NCBI GenBank assembly: GCA_002269645.1 | Contig: NIVC01001865.1 | Span: forward strand, 42,769-106,768 | DNA length: 64,000 nucleotides | Source of the DNA: Macrostomum lignano | Taxonomy: Eukaryota | Direction: 5' to 3' | Shown here: positions 21,831-37,657 of the stretch, one piece after another | How the letters are laid out: each line of letters opens with the position of its first letter | Numbering within the stretch: position 1 is the stretch's first letter | Made by a program: the position numbers and the translations under genes | The notes under the pieces: generated by a model | The model's database searches: none | Told to the model about the DNA's origin: nothing | What the model saw: the letters and a program-made list of their open reading frames with translations, nothing else

Positions 21831-22639
21831 TAACCCGAATCTTCACCAACCAGTAAACTCCCACAGCACAATTAAAAAGGAAATCACCCCTAATCGGAAA
21901 TTATTTATTCAAAGCTCCCTTAATAATTTCGGTGTCGGGCGTGCAGGATTTTCTCCTGACGGACAGGCGCCGCAGGGGTGCTGGACAATCGCTCCGTCTG
22001 CCCCCCCCCCGTCGCCCAGCGGTGATCTCTTTAATAGACTGACTGACTGCCGTCCACTATGGGCTAAACTCTTACTACAAGCAGAAGCAGACTATGTCCA
22101 GGACAGACAGATGGCACTGCGGTGAGCGAGTGTGTATAACTAATTCACGAAGGAGCCGGTCTTATCTGCGTACCCCGGTCTTGCTATTATGCAACTGGGC
22201 AAACAGTTCTGAGCGGCAAAAACACATTTCAATCTGAAGGGTTGAGAGTTGGGTCCGGCTTTGCCTTATCTTGGGCGACAGAACCCCAGACCCCAGTGCC
22301 CCCGCTGTTAACAAGATATTCAGAATTTACACTGCGGTTGTGCTGACTTGTTAAGATAAAGAGTTCCATGGCGAGTCTGCGCTATCAAGATGAAGCTATA
22401 GAAACCTGCGAAAATTAACAGTTTCTGTTTGATAAAATTCAATTTTCATTTTCATTTTGCATCAATGATTGCGTGGATGAGTAGGGATTAAAAATGTGCG
22501 ATGCGAGATGATGAGGGGAACGATATCGTACCAATGATAGAAGTTAGAAGATAGAATAGGGAGGCTGGAACATTGATCAGATTGGGAGAGAGATCGAACA
22601 AGGGTCAGGGGATTAGGGTATTAAGGGATCCGATTATGA

Positions 22640-22990
22640 AGGAGAGGGATCAGAGGATTAGGGAGAGGAATCAAAGGATTAGGGAGTGGGATCAGGGAAT
22701 TAGGTACAGGGATTAGTGGATTAGGGAGAGGGATCAGATGATTAGGGAGAGGGATCGTGGGATTAGGGAGAGGGATCAGGGGATTAGGGAGAGGGATCAG
22801 GGGATTAGGGAGAGGAATCAGATGATTAGGGAGAGGGATCAGGGGATTAGGGAGAGGAATCAGGGATTAGGGAGAAGGATCAGGGGATCAGGGAGAAGGA
22901 TCAGGGGATTAGGGAGAAGGAAGGATCAGGGGATTATGGAGAGGGCTCAGGGAATTAGGTACAGGGATCAGTTGATTAGGGAGAGGGATA
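22640..22990. repeat. About 21-bp minisatellite GGGATCAGGGGATTAGGGAGA
   Basis: Directly visible. Confidence 0.9.
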
Positions 22991-23764
22991 AGAGCATGGG
23001 AGATAAGAAAGCAAAAAGGCAAAGATACTGACATTTTACCACCGAATGCTCTTCGGATTTAAGATTGTTTAAATCAGTGTTTAGTCTGCTTAAACTAATT
23101 CAAGACTGACTTTCAGCGCACATATATAGATTTGACGGCTGTCAAGTACTTCTTCTGATCAATGCTATACTAGTTGACATTGATTGCGTTAGGCCCGACT
23201 GCACTGCTATGTGTAGTGGTACGTCTCTCTCTTTTGACAGCGGTGTAAATGTGTATTGAATGTGCAATTAATTAGCCTTGGCCAAAAGTACTTTTCTTTG
23301 TTCACTCCAAAATGATCATTTGGTTAGCCATTAACTCGCATGAATGAATATGCAAAATCGCAGCTATAAAAGGTGTTCAGATGTACACTTCTTGTACATA
23401 AAATTAAAAGGCAGAATCAAAATATGTACATACTTGTGTACTGGCTTTATCGATTTGCTGTTCGCGATTTCTTCTGTTGAAAAAATGGAACTTATCTACA
23501 GAAACAGTAAGAACTTAATAACCTGCGTTTATGGCCAAGATTGCTTCTGTACGAACTTGATCATGTGACCTACGATGCTTTCCGAAGGACGGTGAAGCAC
23601 TGTAAGCTGACTGATGTACTGTTTTACTTTCACTGCGCATTTGTGCCAAAATTTTGTTGGTGCATATATTTCTAATATTTTAAGCCCTTAGTGATAATTG
23701 CCGTACAAACCGCCTTCCCTAAAAGCAGAATATCTATACAAGACTAAACAGTGCATATGAGATC

Positions 23765-23935
23765 TGCGGGATATGGGATTTCGGGATATGAGATTTGGGA
23801 ATGTGATATTTGGGAATATGATATTTGGAAATACGAGATTTGGGGTTATGAGATTTGAGGATACGAGATTTGGGGATATGAGATTGGAAAATGAGATTTG
23901 GGGATATGAGATTTGGAAATATGAGATTCGGGAAC
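23765..23935. repeat. Degenerate minisatellite GAGATTTGGG(A/G)ATAT
   Basis: Directly visible. Confidence 0.8.
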
Positions 23936-25207
23936 TGTGATGCTTGGGGATTATAAGCTTGGGCATTGCGCCCGTCGAATGCATTTGGGTCAGCATTATT
24001 GTCTAGTCCAGCTTATTCAATAGGGATTCTTGGCAGGAAGAAGAAACAGCCGCGCTTTGCTTCTAAAAGCAGCCCTCCAAAGCCTCCCCCAGATCCTTAG
24101 TTTATGGCCCTACCGGTATTGGTTGCGGCGTTCTTTTTGCTTCGGGGATTTTCACCCCCTCCAGTCCCGGCACATTTTGTTGAAGAAGCTGGCTTTGCTT
24201 GCTTCACTTCTCCCCCTCGAAATCCCTATTGCGTCCTTTCTTCCCAAGCGTGCACGGAACTGGAAGCTTAAAATTACAGGGGTTGCTTTCGTGTGGGAAG
24301 CAATTTCCTGGGCCTTGGTTGTAAGATTTTTCCTCCACAGTTTCCCCTCCACAGGTCATGGAGTTCTAGATAAAGCATCGGGAGTGACAATCAGTCTTTG
24401 TACCTGACCGTGACTGTCTGTCTCATTTAAATCCTCAAATAGCTTGCTTACAATTGCTTACAATTTTATTATTCCATCGCATTGCTCGAAATGTAAGCGG
24501 CCGCTAAGAGCAGGCCAAAGAAATTGCCGAGAAAAGCAAAACTGCCGAGAGCAAACTTCCACATTCCAGACTCTGTATCCAGTATTCCATATTGCATGAA
24601 CCAGACTTTGCTAAGCTGGAAAACCTTGAATCGAACTAAGACACTGAGTAATCGGATGCCCATGCGGATTGGCAGTAAGTGCGCTGGGGTGCCGGCCTCC
24701 CCTCTCACCAACCCCCAGCCCAGATTATATCCTCTTTCCTCTCCCTGGCTGGGTTACGGACCATCTGCAATCTCTTAGTTTTTAGGCTTTCCTACACTGA
24801 CCGATTCCTGGACCTCCCTTTCTTCTTCCTCTCGTTTGCTTGTCAATTCCTCATTTTGGAGCAAAGTCTTCCAGCTGCTTCCAGTCTCCCATTTATTTTC
24901 TACGATCACTTCAGCTCCGAGCCTTCGTCGCGACATCCTTGGCTTCATCCTCTTATTCGGACCCGCCATCAACACCCCCAACTGGACAAGGCGTCGGTCC
25001 AGGCAGACAGAGAGAGGCAGAGGCTCGCCCCCTTTGTCCAATTGAATCCTTCGATTACCCTGCCGGCTCGCGGAGCGTCCGGTTACGTCACCGTCAGCCG
25101 CCCCGGGGATTTTAGCCTCGACCTGCCCGCTTTCTCATTCGGTTATCCAAATCCCTTACCCCACTCCCCTGCCCGCCTCCGTTCTCCCCAACCGATTCCC
25201 CTTATAG

Positions 25208-25766
25208 TTGCGCCATCGCCTTCAATCCGCAGCCTCGCCTCCTCCCCCCGCCATCCAACGGATAAGCCAGTCCAAGCAGGAAGGCTTGCTTCAATCTCTT
25301 CTAGAAGCAAGACAAGCAAAAGCTACTAGAGTCGCAGAGCTTCGGGCAGATCTGACAACAGTTCTCGGCTCTCGCATGGAGAAAGTTGCATCTGGCGGAT
25401 CTCTGCATGCACTGGGCGACGCCACGAATCTGCGGCCTCAGCTGCTGCAGCTCCGGCCAACTTCTCTGCCGTCGGTGAACTCCCAGCAATGTGGCGAAGG
25501 CGAAGCTCCGGATGACTCTGAGAACGCCGCCCCGACCATCGGCTGCGGTCGGAAACGGCCGGCGCCAGCGGACGAGTCGCTTGATGAGCCCGACGGTCCC
25601 ATGGCGGCGTCGGCATCGCTGCCGCGGTCGCAGCAGCCACCCGCTCGGCCGCTGAAGAAGCGGCAGCGACCGAGTGAGCAGCCGCAGCCGGCGGCATCGA
25701 CAACAGCCGCTGCATCCGACGCTGTCGTTTCCACTGGGGGCTCGCCGATCAACTTAGTGAAGCGAG
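25208..25766 (+). CDS. Probable upstream coding exon of the dve gene (basic, low-complexity; 5' boundary uncertain)
   Basis: GC-rich open frame with NLS-like GRKRPAP and RPLKKRQR. Strong donor CGAG|GTAAGA at 25766/7 in phase 1, which matches the phase-1 acceptor at 27363. Confidence 0.5.
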
Positions 25767-25784
25767 GTAAGAAATTTGAATCAA

Positions 25785-26045
25785 CCCGAATTGTCACCAA
25801 CCCGAATCTTCACTAACCCGAATCTTCACCAACTCGAATCTTCACCAACTCGAATCTTCACTAACCCGAATCTTCACTAACCCGAATCTTCACCAACTCG
25901 AATCTTCACCAACTCGAATCTTCACTAACCCGAATCTTCACCAACCGGAATCTTTACCAACCCTAATCTTCACCAACCCAAATCTTCACCAACCCGAATC
26001 TTCACCAACCCTAATCTTCACCAACCCTAATCTTCACCAACCCAA
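25785..26045. repeat. 16-bp minisatellite AACCCGAATCTTCACC, second array
   Basis: Directly visible, starting about 20 bp after the donor at 25767. Confidence 0.95.
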
Positions 26046-27127
26046 CCTGAATCATTGACGGGCAGAGCAGCTCAGCCGTAAACGAGTCTGACTTTCGCAC
26101 CCCGACCATTCATTCGATTCCGTGCTCAGGTGACCATCATTCAGGGCTTGTTCACAGAAAATTGGCTGTGGGCTTTTCGAACGACTCGCAATCCATACGG
26201 CTTAAAATGCTTCTTGCGTCAAAAAAACTTAAAGGATATATCGGTTAATACTGTGCTGTGCGATGACATTTCTAATGGATTTCTGTTCACTTCTAATCTC
26301 TTAATCTCTAATCCTTAATCCCAAATGCCTATCGATTCTCATCCAATTTCTTCAAATCCCACAGGGCGTCCCGAAGCCATATTTAAGTATTTAAACCCCC
26401 AGTCATCCGAAAATTTTATCCAACCCTTTCCCAGATAACAGCTGGCTTCATTTCCTATGGAATCTCCCGAGATGAAGGAATTAACTCTTGGAAGGGAAGG
26501 GGCGGCCATAAAAAGTAGGGGGGGGGGGGAGAGAATCAAAAATTGCGCCCCTGGGGCGGCACCTTCGAGCCTCCTAAAGCTCGGACTGTGTAGGAGAATT
26601 CCGCATTGCTTTGCCTCTAGAGATCAGTTTAGAATGTAAAGGATTTTTCTCCTCGGGCCTGCCGGTCGGCGTGCGTGTGATTATTTTATCTGGGTGGGAG
26701 GACCTGGGGGTTGCGCCAGCGAGTCACATTGTGCGTGCGTGCAGGGCCCACCGGGCAGCTTGCACAAGCGAGCCTGCAACCCCTCAGTCTCATTCCCACA
26801 GAGTGGCGTGAAGGATTGCGGATGAGGAAACCAATCCTAATGGGATAATAAACTGGAAAGCTTAGTAATGAGTCAAAGGATGCAAATGCTTTACAAAGAC
26901 CGTTGGCTGAGTTGACCTACTGAAAGAGTTCGAAATACCAACCTTTCTCCAATCGATACTTCCTTCCGCTCAATTAAAATGGTTCTTTATGAGATCATTT
27001 TTAATTTAAAAACTTCAATTAATTAGGAAACCGAATTTAAAAACACGTTAAATTTTGCTGTTTTCAACTAGACGTAAAATTATGGATACAAATAATGGCT
27101 TTGAAATCCTTGACTGATGGATGGACA

Positions 27128-27287
27128 GACCAGCTCAGCGGTAACGCGTCAAACTCTCGCGTCGCGACCCCTGGCGCGGCCACATTCACAGCCATGAGGG
27201 CCAGCACCCAAGGCACAGAGAGTGCACATGCCTGACGATTAGAAAGTCAGGGCTGCTGTACACCCTGTGTGAGCCTGTACATTGGCA
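27128..27287 (+). mobile_element. SINE-like family 2, 5' portion with tRNA-like head
   Basis: CAGCTCAGCGGTAACGCGTC head, then GAGGGCCAGCACCCAAGGCACAG...ACATGCCTGACGATT...AGTCAGGG shared with 61000-61195. Confidence 0.65.
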
Positions 27288-27362
27288 TTGAGTCAGTTAC
27301 AAGCTCTCGTAGATCAACCGATAAATTCATTGGTCTTTCAATCGCACCTTAACTCACTGCAG

Positions 27363-29705
<2,343 letters not shown>

Positions 29706-31791
29706 ACTTTTGTTATATTTTCATGCAGCTGAAAATTTTCTGCTTTTTTTAGCGAAAGTATCAAAGTTGATTTGCTCTACACCTGCTGCTCTTATATGAA
29801 ACCATATTTTGTAATTTTATTGTTGAATCCCCTTTGTGCGACCACGGGGATGGAGGTTTGGTGTATGGAGGTTGCCGCCGCTAAATTGTTTTACGTCATA
29901 TATATACCTGCCTATTTTCGTTGTGTTAGTTTTTTAGCTCAAATCGTATTGCTCCAAATTGCCATTCTTAAGAGTCCTACGGACTGATAATTATTACTAC
30001 TGTAGATAAAATCTGTCACTGGTACAATAGTTTTACTTTTTAAATGTAATCAAACTGAATGTACTGCATGCTTAAGAAAGTACAAAATTTGTCGCAACGG
30101 CGACATAGCCAACACTGCTCGGAAAGTTCATTGAAAAATAAAATTAGCCAGTTTATTAATATTTTGCAGCGATTGATATTCTTTCATAAGTTTTCAGCGT
30201 TCTTTTTGGCAAAAAATTCAGTTCCTTAAATAAACTCTAGTTAGATTTAAATTGAAGTCCTAAGAAAACGTGTATAGTTGACTTTTAAGTTGCAAAAGAA
30301 TTTGAATTTTTGCTAAAATCAAGGCAAAAATCGAACTTTTCTCCAAAATTATGGATATCGATTCATGGAAATAAGCGTATATTCTCGTATTTCCTTTAAG
30401 GGATAAATAATTATTTAACGGCTAATTATTTAACCACTGACGAACGTAGCCTAATATATAGAAGTAACAATAATATAAAAGTAATTAGTTTTTTTAAAAT
30501 AATGAAAGTAATAATAATGATATACATTACCAGAATTATTATTAAGAAAAATAATATGACAAAATAATAATAATATCAATAAATTGTGATAATAAATATG
30601 CATGAAAATCGAAAGTGCTACAAAAACACAATGACATAGGCGGGGCAGCTTATACATGTAGCTTATGTGTGCCTTTTCGATTTTTTAATACTTTCGATTT
30701 TCATGCATACTTAGTTCATAAAAGTAATTGATACATTGCGGGGGCAAAACAGTCGCCGACCATTTTTACGAGTCAGTATAGTAGCTGAAGCGTATCGTGG
30801 CACTGCTGAAGTCACTTCATTGTGAAAGTATGCTGTTTAAAATGACTTTAAAAATCCGTAAAATGAAATTGGCTGCAGCAAAACAAATTATACAGTAATA
30901 TCGCTAAAAGTGCCATTATAAAATTAAGGCAATGAATATTAGCTAAGAATTTTAATTCTAAGTGGTCTGTAAAAGCTGATTTACATTTTTGCTTACACGA
31001 TAATATGTCCGGACAATTCAAAAAATTTTCGGTTTTCGGATTCTTACTTTTGGAAAGATCTGTATATTGATCTAAAGTTTAAGCTATTTTAATAGTGATT
31101 TGAATGTGGCATCAGGCGCGAAAAAATTATAAATTCTAATTGTCCAGGCTCCTGCAGCTTTTCTGTCATGATAAAAGGCACAAATCTCGTAAGTATACTT
31201 GCGCGTTGCACATAATATATTTTATTATTGAGACTAGGTAACATGTGTACGAGGTAATTTACTTACTGTCTTTAACCCTATGTTTGTTTTTCTAGAGGTC
31301 AAGTTTAATATGAGCTAAATAGTTGAAGATTTAAATTATGAGCGTACGTCTTCAGAGGGAATGCTATTGGTGATCTGCCTTGTGATTTTGATATCGATAA
31401 TCTTTGAATTAGACAAAGGACTATTAGTAAACGTGATGATTTATCGGTCGATTTTCAGAATTTTTGCGCAAAAATACGCAAATTATGCATGTACTACTAC
31501 TGTCACTATATAATTCTGACAGAAAATTTGCTAGTGCTAGTAGAAAGCGTGCTGAAATGTGCTAAAGCGCGTATCCTAAAGCGACGTGTTAATTTCAATA
31601 TCTACTTGTACTTCTATTGTACATTAAATTCAATAATTTTCATTATACATGTACATACAAAACCCTTGCGTTTTATACAGAAATAGATGGTTTTTATCGT
31701 TGTAACACTGCTTACGAATATAATTGAAGTTGCTTTCATGCAGTCTTGAGGGTTGATTTGTGTGTAGATATGGACCTTGCTTGGGCGGATT

Positions 31792-32318
31792 AACTACCAA
31801 GAGGGGGAATCCCCCCTCTGACAATTTCTTTGATGCGCCGGAACCTTATCTTACCTTAACCTTACCGGAGCCTAAGTCTAGGCTTCCCCACTGTTGAGGC
31901 TTGATTAGCGAAACTCGAGAAATTTGCGAAAATGTGTCCATAGTCACCTGGTGACCTATTGAAGGTTCAGAAGCTCCGCCTGGGTGAAGGCCAGTGACCA
32001 ACAAAATCAGAGCTGATGCAAACACGCGGTGGACGTGCTGATAAAATTTGGAGGCTTGGCAAGGCTGCACTGAGGCGCAGTGCTGATTGGCGCACATGAG
32101 TGTACTGAATACACTAGCGCTAGCTTACGGGAAAAATCCGACCTTCTGGCAGAATCGCCGAATATCTCGACGGTCCGGAGGGCTGGCGACTTGATTCTTG
32201 TTTGAGAAGGTGCGCAACAAAAAGTTAACCCGTGTTCTTGAATTTCGTGTGCCTGCGTTGCTCCGTTCCGGCGCAGCAAAAGAAATTGTCAGGGGGGATT
32301 TTCCCCCTTTTGGTAGTT
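31792..32318. mobile_element. MITE-like element with about 53-bp imperfect terminal inverted repeats
   Basis: AACTACCAAGAGGGGGAATCCCCCCTCTGACAATTTCTTTGATGCGCCGGAAC (31792-31844) is mirrored at 32265-32318. No clear TSD. Confidence 0.7.
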
Positions 32319-32576
32319 CGACTGGCGGAAAAATGGCTTGGTATTCCTACTGTTAAGGGTTTAGATTGAGGGTCTGCTTGTACTCGTAGAAGTAGATGGA
32401 GATAAAGTAGACGAAGTAGAAAGAAAGGTATAGATAGGGATTAATAGGCCATATATAGAAGTAGATATTGAAATTATCACTTCTATTGAAATTTGAATAA
32501 TTGAAATTTCTACTTTGAAATCGAAATATTGTGAAAATCGACCGTTATTTGCAATACAACTACAACGTCAAGGATT

Positions 32577-35256
32577 CCCCTAGTGCCATTTAGGTTGCAG
32601 GAATGTTGCAGTAATGTTGACACTCAACCAACGTGCAATGGTTGCAGGAAGCTCTCATTTGACGCGCGTAACAACGTGCCTGCTCGGTTGCGGTGTCAAC
32701 GTTGACACATCAACCTAAGTCAACCTTTGTGCAACCTTCGCTAGTAGGCTTATATACAGTATTATATTTGTAAGAATATATTTTGTATGATTGCCTAATG
32801 CAAAAATTCCATTAATGATCCGCAGCGGCTAATTGTTTCGTACTTTCCCGCATTAGGTGGAACTACCCGGAGCATAAATAATGAGTTAATAAATACGAGT
32901 TCTTAAGCCATAGACAATAACAAACATCGAAAAAAGTATATCAATGCCTTTTTAATTTCCGTAATGGTTCGTTAAGTTTTTGAATGTACAGTGTATTTAC
33001 TGAAACAGGAGAGCAATAGTATAAAAAGAAAAATTAAATAGGTGAGCAAAAGCAACCGATTATGAGACTTCTGGCACTATAGATTATAGGTGTACATGAA
33101 AAAATGCTGGAACTTAGTCGTTACTAATTAGTTATGCGATTAACTTCATAAATTTAGTCACTACTTAAGGTATAGTTCAGACAAACTGGGATGCATACTA
33201 GAAGTCTAAAAATTATTTTGCTGGAAAAACTGTTTATTTTGCAGGGACAGATGGCTTAGCTTTTTTTGATAAAAGGTCCTCCTAATTGTCCAGGTAGGAA
33301 ATCTTCTTGGCGAGGATAATTCTGGCCTCCTAAGTCGAATTGAAATGTAACTCAGTTCGACCTATTCGGTATAAGGTCCAAACTGGAAGCTATTTTAGTT
33401 TAATTTAGACTTAGAGAGAAAAAAGTTGAATGTCACCAGAAAAAACGATGACGTCAGTTTCCCCATTGTTATCGCTATCATCGTTGCCGCTGCCATCCCT
33501 CATGTTGCCCTCGTCTTCCTTGTCGCTAGATGGAGCTTGGCCACCAGGGAAAGCGGGAGTCTGCTGAGCATGATGGTGGACCATTGTCTGCCAAGTGGGT
33601 GTGGAAAGACGTTGTACTTTTCTTCGATGCCGGGTGCCCGCGTGGCGGAGATGGTCAGCGACAGCAGATTCTATTGCTTCACCTTTTGCATTTTTGTGAC
33701 AGCTCCAGATAATGTCTGTGGGAGTAAAATTGTTTTGTCTGCAAAAACGCAATAATAAATACGTGCTTTAGTGCCCAATATGCTTGTCCAAGCACGAAAA
33801 ACATTTTAAAAAGAATATCAACATTGTTTGCTCACTTTTAATGAAAGGCAACACACTGGTAGATTCAAAACAGAGCTTTGCCACTCCAGATTGCTTGGCA
33901 CTGCGGAGGCTGAATAGGCATGCTAGACTGTTGTCCAGAATGTGAAATAGGATGTTTGATACTGATTTCGGCAAATTCTAGCTTGTCAGCCGCTTGAAGA
34001 ACAGAAACTGAAAGGAAAAGTTATAATAAAAATTTAATTGCAGTACCGATGTTTCACAGTTCAGTGACATTGTCAACAACTGTCTACACCAGATCAGATA
34101 TTTTTACACTTCTAACCAATACTTTAATGTACTTGTAATGTCGTTATAATGTTTGCCTACTATAACCTTGTAGGACAAGTGGGCCTAAACAATGTTTATG
34201 ATATAATGATCTAATCAAAAATGAGAAGTTAAAGATAAAGGCATTTTTAAATGTTTAATTTTTACTTTTAAAACAATTAAATATTCACTAGCTTATTTTA
34301 ATTACCTGTAGCTGTGGCTATAGCCATGCCTGTGTGGTTTAAGTTCACCACTATAGGAATGCCAGTATTAGATTCACCTTGTGATGCCTTGGTTTCATGC
34401 ATAGGCCTATCAGTATCACTAGTAATATCATTATCATTGTTAGTTACCATAAGGCCAACCAGGCAAGTAGAAAAATTCCAGGTGTAAGATAAAAAAGAAG
34501 CATTTTTTATATAATATTACAAATTGCAAAACAGCCTAGCTAGGATAGGCCTAAGTCTAAGGCCTAATGAAGAAAGGTACAATTTTAAATAGAATAAAAT
34601 GAAAATTATTGCCCTGCTTATGTCTATAACTAATACTTCGGAACAAACAACTACTACAGCTACTTGGGAATTTAGATTAATGACCACAAGCCACAACAAA
34701 CTACGTCTATAATGTTCAATGATTCTAATTAAAATGATAAATACAATACTTTCCATTGGAACAATAAGAATTCAATGAACAAAAGTCAATACAAATAGTT
34801 ATACTACTTGAAAAACACTGAATCGAAATAATTTACTATAGTAGATTGATTTAAATCTAATTTAATTGACAGTTAGAAACGGACCCATTCACTGATTAAG
34901 ACAGTAGGCCTAGGCTAATCTGTAAAATGGAGAGGAACAACCGTTACATTGTTGACAAACCAATTTAAAAATAAAAGTTTAAACACAGTAGAATTAGTTA
35001 CTTTAGAAAATTCTTCGAGCGATTTTGATTTACGACAATTTCGTTTATTGTGATGTTGGCGTTTTATGTCTACATGGCATTTCTTAGTAATTGCAACAAA
35101 ATTATTTTAAGACTTTTGAAAAATGGCACAGGTTTAATCTTGAAACACGCGTCAACGTTTCCACAACCTTTCTGCAACTAATAGACAACAATGTTGATGA
35201 GCGCAGTGCATTGACAACCATGTCAACGTTGCTGAAACAAACGATGGCACTAGGGG
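32577..35256. mobile_element. Non-autonomous CACTA/EnSpm-like DNA transposon
   Basis: TIRs CCCCTAGTGCCAT...ATGGCACTAGGGG; 3-bp TSD ATT (32574-32576 and 35257-35259); clustered subterminal GTTGCA/GTTGAC/CAACGTTG motifs at both ends. No DDE transposase seen. Confidence 0.8.
33411..33977 (-). CDS. BEN/DUF4806-like accessory gene remnant inside the CACTA-like element (2 exons seen)
   Basis: Exons 33977-33836 and 33715-33411 join in phase 1 to give KSVSNILFHILDNSLACLFSLRSAKQSGVAKLCFESTSVLPFIK-N-IIWSCHKNAKGEAIESAVADHLRHAGTRHRRK. The family is judged by eye. Confidence 0.55.
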
Positions 35257-36243
35257 ATTGTCATTTCTTGCAGTCTAAGTAAACCTTACTCGTAGCTCGT
35301 ATGCTATGTACTCCTATATATAGTAGCTTAATTAATAGAATTGCAACGCATATCCAATCCATGCACTCAGGTGGGAGAGCATTTACAGTATTTACATACA
35401 TCTACATGCGATCAAAGTGCTTGGGTAGTATTGAGTGCATATAACTAACGGTATTATGCCAACTAACATATAGATGTACTTGTATTCACTGGATTTAAAC
35501 AACACTCTTCTGGGGGTGTACACTGTACAAGCGTGTACATGTGGGGTGAGGCTCATATTTTCAGTAGTATGTGTTGTCAAATTAAAATACATTCTGTGTG
35601 AGGTGTGCCAACTGCATAATATTGCATATTATAATTGGGAATTACATGTAATCATAGCTATTAGGCTATTAATTACAATCAATTTTCATTTTTCACCATT
35701 TTACTTATAGGGCTGGATGGTGAGTGGACTACTAGACTTAAACAAGAAACCGCGCGCCGTTTTTAAATAAGTAGAAGATATTTTAAGTGTACTCGTACAC
35801 TAACTAACTCTGAGAGAGAGTAAGATATGAGAGATAAGCTAGCCAACTATAGCAAGCTTTTGTTTTGCAAAAAGTGAATGAAACAACGAAGTAACAAAAC
35901 AACATGTGGAGGAGCTAAGTTGGGTGGACGATATTTTCTATCTCAAGTTATAGACGTACACGGAAAGCTTGATTCTATTTTTAGCGCAGTGTACAGGGAC
36001 ACTGGAGGGGCAAATGTACACTGAAGCAAGGTCTACTGTCGCTAGAGATTTCCAGGAAATTTTCTGCCTGTAGCTTTGATCCTCTTTGGATGATATAAAC
36101 CAGTACTTTCGCAAATCTGAGTTGTTCTTAACGTGTGTCTCGGTTCTTGTTTCTGCGCTTTAAAAAATTCGTCTTCATTTCAATTCCTTAAAATTTCTTC
36201 TATTCACAAAACCTCGCCCTTTTACTTTACTAAGCAAACAAAA

Positions 36244-37613
36244 ATGCTAACTAAGAAGACGGTAGAGCTGCCTCTGCTGCTGCTGCTGCTCCTATTCTTG
36301 TTAACTGGCACTGCTGAATGCTTAGCCGACTCTCTCGGGGCCGACGCTGGCAGCAGCAGGTTGAAGTCCGGTATTGAAAAAAGCGACTCTGCCGATGGGG
36401 CGGCGGCACCGGCTGCAGCAGTCCACAAGTCGGCGGGAACCCGAAGCGACACTGCAAGTGAATCCGCCCTGCCAGAGCAGTGGCGCGCCTGCAGACTCGT
36501 CGGCGGCACGGGCAGGAAGAGGACGCTGACGCTAGACTGCCAACGACGCGGTCTTTTCGAAGTGCCGGCCGACCCGCCGGCCGGCGTGACGGTGGTGCGC
36601 CTCAACGGCAACATACTTCGCGACCTGCGCTCGGTGCCGCTTCCTGGCGTCACCCGCCTCGAGCTGGTCGGCTGCGGCATCGCTAACATTCGCCAATACG
36701 CTCTGAGCCAAGCCAGGAGTCTGCAGCACCTGGACCTCACCAATAACGAGCTGACCAGCCTGAGTGCCGGCGCGCTCAGCCCTCTGAGCAGCCTTCAGGA
36801 CCTGACGCTGGCGCAGAACCAGTTCGCCAACCTGCCAGACCTGCCCTGCGACCGGCTGCCTCGGCTGCAATCGGTCAACTTGGCCGCCAACGACATCGCC
36901 AGCCTGAGGCTGCCTACCGGCTACTCGAAGTGCGCCAGCCTGCACAGCCTCACTCTGTCTGGGAACTCCCGGCTAACTGAGCTGCGCACCGGCGACCTGG
37001 ACGCTCTGGCTGGCGGCGGCCGGCTGCGGGTCCTCAGATTGGCCGCCTGTCCGCTGACCAGGCTGGACTTGAACGCCCTGGACCCGGTGAGGGACAGCCT
37101 GCAACACCTGGACCTGTCCGGCAACCGGTTGTCAACGAAGCCGATGCTGAACTGCCTGGCGAGGCTTCGCAATCTCCGCTGGCTGCGACTTCATCAGGTT
37201 GCCATGGCGAGTCTTCGACCGGGTGACCTGCGGGGCGGTTTGGCGACTTTGCGTAGCCTACAGGTGGGGTTTTTCTACCAGTAAAAAAACTTGAAACTTG
37301 CAAGAAACTTGTTGAAATCACTTGAAATTCAACGAGCAGAAGTACACGATATACATTTATCAGGACAACAATTCACAAATCTCAGGTCACGTGCTCCAAC
37401 GCTCACGGCAAGCTGCTAACCCTGGCCCCAGTAACCTTTGGCCAAGCCACCAAAAGCATAGAGCAGCTTCAGTTGGACGCATGCGGCCTCACCAACTTCG
37501 ATTATCAGGTAAGCAAATCATGTATGTAACTGTCCGATCCTACTTACAGCAGTAGGTGCTGAGCGTTGCTGTAAAGTTCAGACCGCGTCTAATGAGTGCT
37601 GAGCTGGGTGCTG

Positions 37614-37657
<44 letters not shown>

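Noticed and set aside
19440-22121. Chain of small + strand candidate exons (AIRILHLYGNNLRIVH, LKGQTMMPYFQSISK, SVEFITLIEPSTVELRR, VSMYETVILDWLLLRN, CRPLWAKLLLQAEADYVQDRQMALR)
   Set aside because: Some splice sites are plausible, but the joined peptide matches nothing I recognise and phases do not close through to the last exon. RNA-seq is needed.
23990-25200. ORFs at 24030-25329 as a retroelement or gene; similar composition at 18850-19330 and 26250-26660
   Set aside because: No RT, endonuclease or other motif is recognisable; probably decayed repeats.
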